64,000 bases of DNA. It comes from an uncultured bacterium. Lineage in GTDB: Bacteria > Verrucomicrobiota > Kiritimatiellia > RFP12 > UBA1067. Position numbers and translations under genes: made by a program. The stretch lies in NCBI GenBank assembly GCA_902776615.1, contig CACYQU010000005.1:1408-65407 (forward strand), written 5' to 3'. The notes under the pieces are model-generated. The model saw only the letters and a list, made by a program, of their open reading frames with translations, was not told where the DNA came from and made no database searches. This document shows, in pieces, positions 42,782 through 50,735 of this stretch (its first letter is position 1; every line of letters starts with the position of its first letter).

Positions 42782-44355
42782 ACGCGCTGGCCTGCATATT
42801 TCTTGCGGTTCTGTCGATTTGGGACTATCCCGCGCGCCAGCCGGTGCATGAAAGGCTGAGGCTGCAGTTCATGGCCGCTCTTCGCGAGGGCGACACCTCC
42901 ACGATGATAGAGACGTGCCGCAAGGGCGTGAAGCTTCTGCCCGACGATCCGACATGGCATTACAACCTCGCCTGCTCCCTCGCGTACATGAAAAAGCCGG
43001 GCGAAAGCCTGGATGAACTGGAGAAGGCGATAGACCTCGGCTTTCGCGATCCCGAAATCATCGCGAACGACAGCGATTTGAAGCGGGTTTCTGGAGAACG
43101 GAGGTTCAAGGAGCTTGTGGAGTACGCGCGCGAGATGCGCACCAGGCCTATGATATCCGGGCCTCTCGCCAGCGTGGATGCCACAGGCGTGTTCGGGCGT
43201 TCCATAGCACTTGGCGCGCAGAATTTTGGTTGGGACTTCGATTTTGGCTGTTTTGTCGCCAAGCTTAAGCTTGCGAACGAAGGATCGGGCGGGAATGTTG
43301 GCGACCTGTACATGAATCGAGACCATTACCATTCGCCCAACGGGCGCGAAGCGCTGGATGCGTTTCTGGCGACATACCCCGGTCTTACGAATGTGACGCT
43401 TGACAACGAGGGGCGCGAACTCGGCGTGGATCTTGATTTCCCCAACATAATATTTCCTTATCCAACATTCGGCAACTGCTCGCGCGCACGGGTAGGCGAC
43501 GCGTTCTGGCGGTCGCTGCCCCGATCGCTGATGACTACGGACGCGTTTCGGCTGAAGGCCATGGCGCGGCTCTGGCTTTCGAACCAGACGTGGGTGTTCC
43601 CGTCGAACGCCGATACCGCTCCGGTCGGAACAAACGGCGATGTGTTTGCGTCCGTTGCGCCTTACTGGCTTACGACGGCTGGCCGCAGCTGGAGCGATCT
43701 GTACTATCTAAGGGCCGCATTGGAGGCCAGCCGTTCCATGAAAAGCGATACGAAGCAGGCGGCGGTGGAAAAGGGGCTCCTCGCGCCGTTGATACAGGTG
43801 CTTATCAGGAAGTCGCTGGCCGGTGTGACGAACGAAGTCGATTATCTGAGCGCCAAGGCGCACCCGACGGCGCTGCCTGCGAACGGGCTGGACATGAAAA
43901 GGCTAAAGGAGTCGGCGGCCGCTTTGCGTCCCGACGCCATACCGCCTCTTGCCGTGATAGCCGTGAAGCCCCGGCCTGTGGCGGAAGCTCCTGTTTGGCC
44001 GGAGCTCACATACGCCACGGCTTTTGCATGGGCGTATGTTCTCAGGGCGGAGGAGGAAGAGAGGGTGTTCACCCTGACGGCGAAGGGTTCGGAAGACTTT
44101 GCGTTCGCCGTCGTTCACGACGATCTCGGCGCGGCGAGACTGGATCGCCTTTCGCACGACACCGCGCTTGTGACGCTCGACAAGAGGAAAATGTCGCCGA
44201 CAAACCGCGTGGATGTCGCGGTGTTCGGGCGGCTGAAATCCACATCGTGGGGCGCGCCCAGCTATATATCGTTTGCGGTTGTCGATTCCGCGGCGCCTTA
44301 TTCCGATCCCGTTCTGACCCCTCTGGACCAGCCGCCGCCGCAGATGCCGGATTGA
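42778..44355 (+). CDS. Hypothetical protein (525 aa) with an N-terminal TPR-like segment
   Basis: It is a long ORF with normal coding composition. An ATGA overlap links it to the upstream gene. The stretch ...WHYNLACSLAYMKKPGESLDELEKAIDLGF... is TPR-like. Confidence 0.6.
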   Translation: MNALACIFLAVLSIWDYPARQPVHERLRLQFMAALREGDTSTMIETCRKGVKLLPDDPTWHYNLACSLAYMKKPGESLDELEKAIDLGFRDPEIIANDSDLKRVSGERRFKELVEYAREMRTRPMISGPLASVDATGVFGRSIALGAQNFGWDFDFGCFVAKLKLANEGSGGNVGDLYMNRDHYHSPNGREALDAFLATYPGLTNVTLDNEGRELGVDLDFPNIIFPYPTFGNCSRARVGDAFWRSLPRSLMTTDAFRLKAMARLWLSNQTWVFPSNADTAPVGTNGDVFASVAPYWLTTAGRSWSDLYYLRAALEASRSMKSDTKQAAVEKGLLAPLIQVLIRKSLAGVTNEVDYLSAKAHPTALPANGLDMKRLKESAAALRPDAIPPLAVIAVKPRPVAEAPVWPELTYATAFAWAYVLRAEEEERVFTLTAKGSEDFAFAVVHDDLGAARLDRLSHDTALVTLDKRKMSPTNRVDVAVFGRLKSTSWGAPSYISFAVVDSAAPYSDPVLTPLDQPPPQMPD

Positions 44356-44414
44356 AGAGAATGCAAAATGACAATGTTCAAAACCCTTGAGGGTAGCGCA
44401 GGTCAGGTTAAATA

Positions 44415-44423
44415 TGTTATACT
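44415..44423 (+). promoter_or_regulatory. Extended -10 promoter (TGtTATACT) for gspG
   Basis: An AAGGAG SD at 44437-44442 and ATG 44451 follow it. Confidence 0.45.
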
Positions 44424-44450
44424 ACAAAGACAGTGAAAGGAGTTTCGATT

Positions 44451-44885
44451 ATGAAGTCTGAAGAGAAGAAGGTTGCCGCTGCCATGCGCGCCGGCTTTAC
44501 GCTCATGGAAATTCTGGTCGCGGTGGCGATCATCGGCATTCTCGGCACGGTTGCAGTGCAGAGCATCGTTTCGAATCTGGAGCGTGCGAAGCAGACGGCC
44601 GCCAAGGAGTCGGTCGACAACATCTCCAACGCAATCACGTCGTACTATCTCGCCAACAAAAAGTATCCTGGCGATCTGCGCGACCTCATAAAGGACAATG
44701 GCGACGACGAGCCCATCCTCAAGGGCGGCGAAGGCGCGCTAGAGGATCCGTGGGGCACCGAGTACAAGCTCGAGAAGAAGGGTGCGCGGCGCTTTGTGGT
44801 GATTTCGGCAGGTCCTGATACGGAATTCGGCAACGATGACGACATTCGCAGCGACACCACCAGGAAATCGGGCGGCTCGAACTGA
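44451..44885 (+). CDS. gspG: Type II secretion major pseudopilin GspG
   Basis: It shows ...MRAGFTLMEILVAVAIIGILGTVAV...ERAKQTAAK...DPWGTEYKL...ISAGPDTEFGNDDDI. This is the classic GspG architecture and length. Confidence 0.9.
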   Translation: MKSEEKKVAAAMRAGFTLMEILVAVAIIGILGTVAVQSIVSNLERAKQTAAKESVDNISNAITSYYLANKKYPGDLRDLIKDNGDDEPILKGGEGALEDPWGTEYKLEKKGARRFVVISAGPDTEFGNDDDIRSDTTRKSGGSN

Positions 44886-44906
44886 TTCGGGCCTGTTCTG
44901 CGTAGC

Positions 44907-45689
44907 GTGATGCGCAGGGCCTTCACACTGATAGAGCTTCTTGCGATCGTCGCCATTATCGGGATAATGGTGACGGCCAGCGTGGTCAATGTGCGCGCCG
45001 GGCAGGGCGCGGCGCGTGTTCGCGCGGCGACGCGCGACATATTCGCCATGATACGCCACGCCAGGTCGGTCGCGCTTGTGTCGCAACAGCCGAGCGTGAT
45101 TACGTATTCCACGGCGACCGTTGACGACGAGCCGTGCGCAAAAGTCGATATAAACTCCGCAAAGATAATGTCGGCCGGTGAAGTAACGTCGGCCATGACG
45201 CTTGAGGGAACAACCGTGTCGCTGGTGGACGACGAACCGGCGGCGGGCGGCGAAGAATCGTCCGGCGAAGGCGGGCAGACGGTAGAAGACGTGCTTTTTG
45301 CTCCGATCTCGTCGGATGTCGTTCGCGGAATCAGGCTCAAGGTTCTCAAGGAGGGGGAAGAACTCGATTATTCGCCGGACGACGCGAAGGCCAAGCCAAA
45401 GATATCCGTGTTCTCGAACGTCGACTATCTGATAGGGAAGCTGAATGACGCGCAGGCGAAGGAGGCCGAGAAGAAGTCCGCCGGGAAAGACGACGCTTCC
45501 AATCCGCCGACGGTTTCGGCCGGGATTGACGACCAGGAGCCGGTTTCGATAGTCTGGGAGGTAAACGGGCGTACGGAACCGCACAAGGTCTGGGTATATC
45601 CTGACGGATCTGCGCCTGAAAACGGTCTTTGCATAAAGGTCGATCGCTTTGGTGCGGTGAAAGTGCTTGGCGCGGGGGAGGATGAATGA
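44907..45689 (+). CDS. gspH: GspH/FimT-like minor pseudopilin
   Basis: It shows MMRRAFTLIELLAIVAIIGIMV...AARVRAATRDIFAMIRHARSVAL. It sits directly after gspG. Confidence 0.65.
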   Translation: MMRRAFTLIELLAIVAIIGIMVTASVVNVRAGQGAARVRAATRDIFAMIRHARSVALVSQQPSVITYSTATVDDEPCAKVDINSAKIMSAGEVTSAMTLEGTTVSLVDDEPAAGGEESSGEGGQTVEDVLFAPISSDVVRGIRLKVLKEGEELDYSPDDAKAKPKISVFSNVDYLIGKLNDAQAKEAEKKSAGKDDASNPPTVSAGIDDQEPVSIVWEVNGRTEPHKVWVYPDGSAPENGLCIKVDRFGAVKVLGAGEDE

Positions 45690-46162
45690 TGGCGCGGCGG
45701 TTTGCGATGCGCGGCGGATTCACTCTGCTGGAGGTTCTCTTCGCCGCCTTGATACTGGGCTTCGGCCTCACGACGATTCTGGTCTCGATGTCGCAAAGCC
45801 AGAGGATGATGCTTTCGTCCACGTATCTTGAGACGGCGCAGGAGGTCATGGACCTTGGCGATATGGCATATCCGCTATCTGACGTGCAGGATCCCGACAA
45901 AGACCTTGACGTCCCCGAAACCAAGGCGACGGAACTTTGGGATATGATCGCCGGCAAGAACGCGCGCCTCACCAGGGCGCAAGAGGAGAAGTTCCACGGC
46001 TACACGTGGGAGCGCGAAGCACTGAACAGAAAGGACAGCGACGAAGATCTGAAGCGACTCGGATACCTTTACACCGTTCGGGTAACGGTCAGATGGGGCG
46101 ACCGCCGTCGCGGAAACGGCGAGGAAGAGAGCTATATCACATTCTGGAGGAAGCCCGAATGA
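45686..46162 (+). CDS. gspI: GspI-like minor pseudopilin
   Basis: It shows ...MRGGFTLLEVLFAALILGFGLTTIL. The 158-aa size and the position in the G-H-I-J order support the call. Confidence 0.65.
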   Translation: MMARRFAMRGGFTLLEVLFAALILGFGLTTILVSMSQSQRMMLSSTYLETAQEVMDLGDMAYPLSDVQDPDKDLDVPETKATELWDMIAGKNARLTRAQEEKFHGYTWEREALNRKDSDEDLKRLGYLYTVRVTVRWGDRRRGNGEEESYITFWRKPE

Positions 46163-46971
46163 GACGTTGCGGATTCACGATGGTGGAGATGCTTCTTGCG
46201 GTTCTTCTTGTCGGAGTTCTCACCTCGGTCGCAGTTGCCACGTTCAACGCCGTGAGCCGCGGTTGGCAGATATCGACCGACTACATGGACAAGATGCAGC
46301 GCACCGACTTCGCCCTAAACCAGGTGATTTCCGGTCTGCGCAGCATGTACTATCCGCATGACGGACAGCAGGACGACCGCTATGGATTTGTGCTGACCAA
46401 CAACGGCGACGGAGAAGATCCGGACGATTCCGATGTGATAGAGTGGTCCAAGACCGGCTCTGCGATAGTCGGCAACAAAAGCGCGGTCGCCGACACGGTT
46501 CACCGTGTGCAGGTGATGATTCTCGAGGAGGGGAATCACGACTACAAGGACAGAGTCGAGGTCACCGGCCTTTATGCCCGGCAGTGTCCGGATGTCGCGC
46601 TTCGCCCCAAGGACAATCCCGATGACATAGACTTCAGCTTCGCCAACGACGAAATGTATCAGCCCGTTCTCATATCCGATGGCATTGTCGGGTTCAACTG
46701 CCGCGTTCTCAAGACGGCCGACGAGGTGCAGTCCAAGAACGAAGAACGTTCTTTCGAGGATGAGTTTGCGGAATCGAATTCCGTTCCGTACAAGGTCGAA
46801 TTGACATTCCGCATTGCAGATCCCGAAGGGCGCAGCTACCGCTCGAACACAGCGCCCGTCATGCGCATAATCCGCATACCGATACACGAACAATCTCTTG
46901 ACGGCTCCGCAACGCCCGCCTCGGAGGAACGAAAGGGCGGCGGCCGCAAGACGCCTCGCGGCGTAAAATGA
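46159..46971 (+). CDS. gspJ: GspJ-like minor pseudopilin
   Basis: ATG 46159 overlaps the gspI stop. It shows MRRCGFTMVEMLLAVLLVGVLTSVAV...MQRTDFALNQVISGLRSMYYP. The ORF-track start at 45937 is spurious. Confidence 0.65.
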   Translation: MRRCGFTMVEMLLAVLLVGVLTSVAVATFNAVSRGWQISTDYMDKMQRTDFALNQVISGLRSMYYPHDGQQDDRYGFVLTNNGDGEDPDDSDVIEWSKTGSAIVGNKSAVADTVHRVQVMILEEGNHDYKDRVEVTGLYARQCPDVALRPKDNPDDIDFSFANDEMYQPVLISDGIVGFNCRVLKTADEVQSKNEERSFEDEFAESNSVPYKVELTFRIADPEGRSYRSNTAPVMRIIRIPIHEQSLDGSATPASEERKGGGRKTPRGVK

Positions 46972-46977
46972 TATAAT
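46969..46977 (+). promoter_or_regulatory. Extended -10 promoter (TGaTATAAT) 10 nt upstream of ATG 46988
   Basis: The motif is exact and overlaps the gspJ stop. The 15-mer AAAATGATATAATAT (46965-46979) is identical to 62095-62109. Confidence 0.5.
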
Positions 46978-46987
46978 ATTGCAACCA

Positions 46988-48271
46988 ATGAACAGACTAG
47001 CGAAACAGCTCAATGAAACGCTTGGCGCCGCCTCGTCGTTTCTTTCGGCGTCCGGAAAGCGCATGTACTTTCCGTATGGCGGAATACTCGGGCAGGGCGC
47101 GGAAGCAAGAACGTGCGAGATAAACGCAACCATCGGCATGGCTTTCGAAGAGGATGGTTCGCCTCTTGTGATGGATTGCTTCACCAAGAACGTCGGCCTC
47201 GGCAAGAAGGCATTCCTGTACGCCGGCAGCTTCGGTTTGCCGAAACTGCGCGAGGTGTGGAGGGCGATGGAGTTCAAAAAGAATCCGTCGCTCAAGGGCA
47301 AAACCTTTTCGAACCCCGTCGTCACAAACGCGCTCACCCACGGTCTCAGAGTCGCGGCGGAGCTGTTTGCCGGCTCTGGAGACGAGCTCGTGATACCAGA
47401 CCTGTACTGGGACAACTACGAACTCATCTTCAAAGAGGCGGTCGGCTGCCGCGTGCGGAAGTTCAACACCTTCAAGGACGGCGCGTTCGACGCCGCTGCG
47501 CTGCGCTCCGCGCTTTTGGCGCCCGGCGGGAAGAAGATACTCATACTCAACTTCCCGAACAATCCCACAGGCTACACTGCGACGCTTGAGGACGCTCCGA
47601 AGATCGTAGCCGCCGTCAAAGCCGCCGCCGAGAAGGGCAAGCGCGTGGTCGTTATCCTTGACGACGCCTACTTTGGTCTCGTCTATGAAAAGGGAGTGCA
47701 CAAGGAGTCGCTCTTCGCGGAGTTCTGCGACCTTGACGAACGCGTTCTTGCCGTAAAGCTCGACGGAACGACCAAAGAGGATTACGTATGGGGGCTTCGC
47801 GTCGGCTTCATGTCGTTCGCGTTCAAAGGCGCCACCGAGGATCAGCTGAAGGCTCTTGAAGCGAAGGCCGCGGGCGATGTGCGAAGTTCCATTTCGAATT
47901 CGTCGTCGCTCGGAGAGCATCTGGCGATAGCCGCGTATGCCGATCCTGGCTATGTGCGCCAGAAGCGCGAGAAATACAATGTGCTCAAAAGCCGCTACGC
48001 GGAGATAAGGCGCGTTCTCAGGCGTCATCCCGAATACGCCCGTCTCTTCGAAGCGATGCCGTTCAACTCGGGCTACTTCATGTGCGTGAAGCCTGTGGGC
48101 GTAGACGCCGAGCTCGTGCGCCGCCATCTGATTGAGAAATATTCGACGGGCACGATCGTGCTCTCCGGTCTTGTGCGGCTCGCTTTTTCGACGGTTCCAA
48201 AGGCCAAGCTCGCGAAGCTTTTCGCGAACGTCGCCGCCGCGGTGGAAGATCTCAGAACAAAAACCGCCTGA
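46988..48271 (+). CDS. Class I/II PLP-dependent aminotransferase
   Basis: Its size of about 427 aa fits fold type I. It shows ...LNFPNNPTGY...ILDDAYFGLVYE...KLDGTTKEDYVWGLRVGF... Confidence 0.7.
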   Translation: MNRLAKQLNETLGAASSFLSASGKRMYFPYGGILGQGAEARTCEINATIGMAFEEDGSPLVMDCFTKNVGLGKKAFLYAGSFGLPKLREVWRAMEFKKNPSLKGKTFSNPVVTNALTHGLRVAAELFAGSGDELVIPDLYWDNYELIFKEAVGCRVRKFNTFKDGAFDAAALRSALLAPGGKKILILNFPNNPTGYTATLEDAPKIVAAVKAAAEKGKRVVVILDDAYFGLVYEKGVHKESLFAEFCDLDERVLAVKLDGTTKEDYVWGLRVGFMSFAFKGATEDQLKALEAKAAGDVRSSISNSSSLGEHLAIAAYADPGYVRQKREKYNVLKSRYAEIRRVLRRHPEYARLFEAMPFNSGYFMCVKPVGVDAELVRRHLIEKYSTGTIVLSGLVRLAFSTVPKAKLAKLFANVAAAVEDLRTKTA

Positions 48272-48295
48272 AGAGGCAGAAAGGATACATCCGTG

Positions 48296-49837
48296 ATGAA
48301 GAAGTGCATTACAGTTTTCGCTGGCGTATTGGCGCTCGCGTCCTCCGCCGCGACTTGGGAGCGCGTCGGCTCTCTGCAGATCGCCGGAACCGACGGTCTC
48401 GTCGCCGCCGTCGCCAAGATCGGCGAGATCAGCGGCAACCAGATGCTGGGCGTCATGGCGGCGTCGCAGATACCGCAATTGCCCGGAAGCGACTTCTTCG
48501 GGCCGATGCGCCAGGGGGCGTCCATGGCGTTCGCCCTGTATTTCGACTCCGAGGAGCTTGCGAAAGCAGCGGCGGCGGACGGCAAGGATCTGGATGACAT
48601 TGACGATGTTCTCGAATACGCGGTCGTATATCCAATGGCATTGCCGAAGGAAGAGTTCCTCAAGATGCACGAAGGCGCTGTCGAGACGAACGGGATGGTT
48701 TGCGTGAAGGGTTCGCCGTTTGAAGCGGGCTCGGACGACCTCACATACGTAGCTTTCTCGCAGAGCGGCAAATGGGCGGTGGCCAGCGACAGGCGCGAAC
48801 AGGTGTCGCTCGCGCTGGCTGACGTTTCGTCTCTCGTGAAGCCCATGAAAGGCGATGTCGCGCGCGTGGACATTCTGCCGAGGGCGACGGAACTGCTCTC
48901 GCCGATACTGGACGCTGCGGTCAAGAAGATTGCCGAAGGAAAAGGCGAATGTCCTTTGAGCGCGGAAGATATTGATCTTGCAAAGGGCCTTTCGTCGATG
49001 AAGGGCGCGATTCGCGTAGGCGACGCCGGCGTTGACATTTACGGCGAATACAAAGCCCTGCCAGGCTCGGCGCTCGCCAGGCTTGGCACGGCGCCATTTG
49101 GCGACAGCCCTTTTGCCAACGCTGCCGCCGATGAACTCGTCTCGTCCGAGAACGCCTTCCAGAAGATCGACGCAGAGGCCGGCTGGAAAGCCGTCGCAGA
49201 GGTTCTGGCGAAGTACAAAATCGACACGTCGTCATTCATGAAGTTGACATTCGGCAAGGCCACGCGACTCGAGCTCGATCCATCCGCCCTCGTCTCGTGG
49301 AAAAAGGCCGCAGCGACCAACGAGCTTGCAGACGTGGACTTCGACGACTTGAACAAGGATATCGCCGCTGCGCTTTCCTGCCAGAAGAACGGTCGCGTTC
49401 CTGCGACGGAAAAGCAGGTTGGCGGTTTCGCGATCGCAGGCTTCAAGCCGCAGTTCACTCCGGCGCAGCGTTTCGCCGCGACGCTTCCCGAAACAGCCGG
49501 CGAAAAGTTTGCCGCGGCATCGGTCATGTCGCTTTCCGGAATTGTCCAGGCGGTTGCTCCGGCGGTTATCGCCTCGCTCGACGATGCGACTCGCGCATCC
49601 ATCGCGCCTGCTGTGGCGCTTCTGCCCAGGGAGACCAAAGGCGGAATCGCCTCCGCATACATGCGCGTCGACGAGGTGACGGTAAAAGGCATATGCCGCA
49701 TTTCGGCCGACGAGATAAAGAGCATCGGCGTAAGCGTCGGCGCGATCGCCGCGATGGTCATGATGAACAGCAATGTTACAGCCGGCTGCCCGGTTGACGA
49801 CGAAGACGAGGACGGCGACGGCGAAAATGACGACTGA
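48296..49837 (+). CDS. Secreted hypothetical protein with an acidic C-terminal tail
   Basis: It has a signal peptide MKKCITVFAGVLALASSAA. The C-terminus is ...VDDEDEDGDGENDD. I recognise no motif. Confidence 0.6.
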   Translation: MKKCITVFAGVLALASSAATWERVGSLQIAGTDGLVAAVAKIGEISGNQMLGVMAASQIPQLPGSDFFGPMRQGASMAFALYFDSEELAKAAAADGKDLDDIDDVLEYAVVYPMALPKEEFLKMHEGAVETNGMVCVKGSPFEAGSDDLTYVAFSQSGKWAVASDRREQVSLALADVSSLVKPMKGDVARVDILPRATELLSPILDAAVKKIAEGKGECPLSAEDIDLAKGLSSMKGAIRVGDAGVDIYGEYKALPGSALARLGTAPFGDSPFANAAADELVSSENAFQKIDAEAGWKAVAEVLAKYKIDTSSFMKLTFGKATRLELDPSALVSWKKAAATNELADVDFDDLNKDIAAALSCQKNGRVPATEKQVGGFAIAGFKPQFTPAQRFAATLPETAGEKFAAASVMSLSGIVQAVAPAVIASLDDATRASIAPAVALLPRETKGGIASAYMRVDEVTVKGICRISADEIKSIGVSVGAIAAMVMMNSNVTAGCPVDDEDEDGDGENDD

Positions 49838-50654
49838 GGCTTTCGCCAAAGTCAACCTCACGCTTGAGGTGTTCGGAGTGCGTGAAGACGGTTTTCACGC
49901 GCTCCGTTCCATTGTCGTACCGGTGTCTCTTTCCGATACGGTAAGCGTGGCTTCGGCGGACGGCCTTTCAAGCGACGCCGGTTTCGAGGACGACCTTTGC
50001 CTGAAAGCGGCGTGCGCGCTCGACCGGTCGCGCGGCGCGGCGATAGGCGTAGTGAAGCGGATACCCGTCGGCGGAGGGCTTGGCGGCGGCAGCGCGGACG
50101 CGGCGGCGACGCTTCTTGCGTTGAACGAGATGTGGGGCAAGGGGTTGTCGCGCGAAGAGCTTGCCGCCGTCGGCGCGTCGGTCGGTTCGGATGTGCCATC
50201 GCTGGTTCTTGGAGGACCTGTTCTCATGGAAGGGCGCGGTGAAATCGTCTCGCCGTTTTTGCCGGATGGTACGCCTTTCCCGGTTCTGAACCTCGTGCTC
50301 TGCAATCCGGGCGTTCCGAGTCCAACCCGCGAAGTTTATGCCAACTGCAAGTCGCGCGTGACAAACGATGCCTCAATAGTGTATAATATGCGCTCAGCCC
50401 TTGAAAGCGGTGATCTCGAAAGAATCGCCGCGTCGATGGTGAACGACTTGCAAGAGAGTGCCATTCGCCTCCATCCCGAGATAGGCGACGCGATGGCGCT
50501 GCTAAGGAGGTCTGGCGCGGTTGGAGCGGTTATGAGCGGTAGCGGATCGACTGTCTTCGGCCTAGTCCCGAACGAAGCGCGGGGACGAGAAATAGCGGCG
50601 TTTCTGAAAAGCCAAGGCTTTGCGGCCTGGTCGGTTCACGCGATTGTCCCGTGA
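49827..50654 (+). CDS. ispE: 4-(cytidine 5'-diphospho)-2-C-methyl-D-erythritol kinase
   Basis: It shows MTTEAFAKVNLTLEV...R.DGFH...KRIPVGGGLGGGSADAAATLLALN (the GHMP motif). ATG 49827 was chosen. Confidence 0.9.
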   Translation: MTTEAFAKVNLTLEVFGVREDGFHALRSIVVPVSLSDTVSVASADGLSSDAGFEDDLCLKAACALDRSRGAAIGVVKRIPVGGGLGGGSADAAATLLALNEMWGKGLSREELAAVGASVGSDVPSLVLGGPVLMEGRGEIVSPFLPDGTPFPVLNLVLCNPGVPSPTREVYANCKSRVTNDASIVYNMRSALESGDLERIAASMVNDLQESAIRLHPEIGDAMALLRRSGAVGAVMSGSGSTVFGLVPNEARGREIAAFLKSQGFAAWSVHAIVP

Positions 50655-50718
50655 TGTAATGGCAGCATAGGAGGTTTTGATCCTCTTCGAGGTGGTTCGA
50701 ATCCACCCGGGACAACCA
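50645..50718 (+). tRNA. tRNA-Gln (anticodon UUG), CCA encoded; the 5' end overlaps the last 10 nt of ispE
   Basis: A manual fold fits. The acceptor is TGTCCCG/CGGGACA (U1:A72, typical of tRNA-Gln) and the D-arm is ATGT-AATGGCA-GCAT. The anticodon arm is GGAGG-TTTTGAT-CCTCT and the T-arm is GGTGG-TTCGAAT-CCACC, followed by A-CCA. Confidence 0.9.
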
Positions 50719-50735
50719 ACAATGGAAGAGAATGT

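Noticed and set aside
50382-50387. A TATAAT inside ispE, considered as a promoter.
   Set aside because: It is intragenic, has no extended TG or -35 support, and may be chance. It is kept only as an alternative source of the tRNA-Gln transcript.
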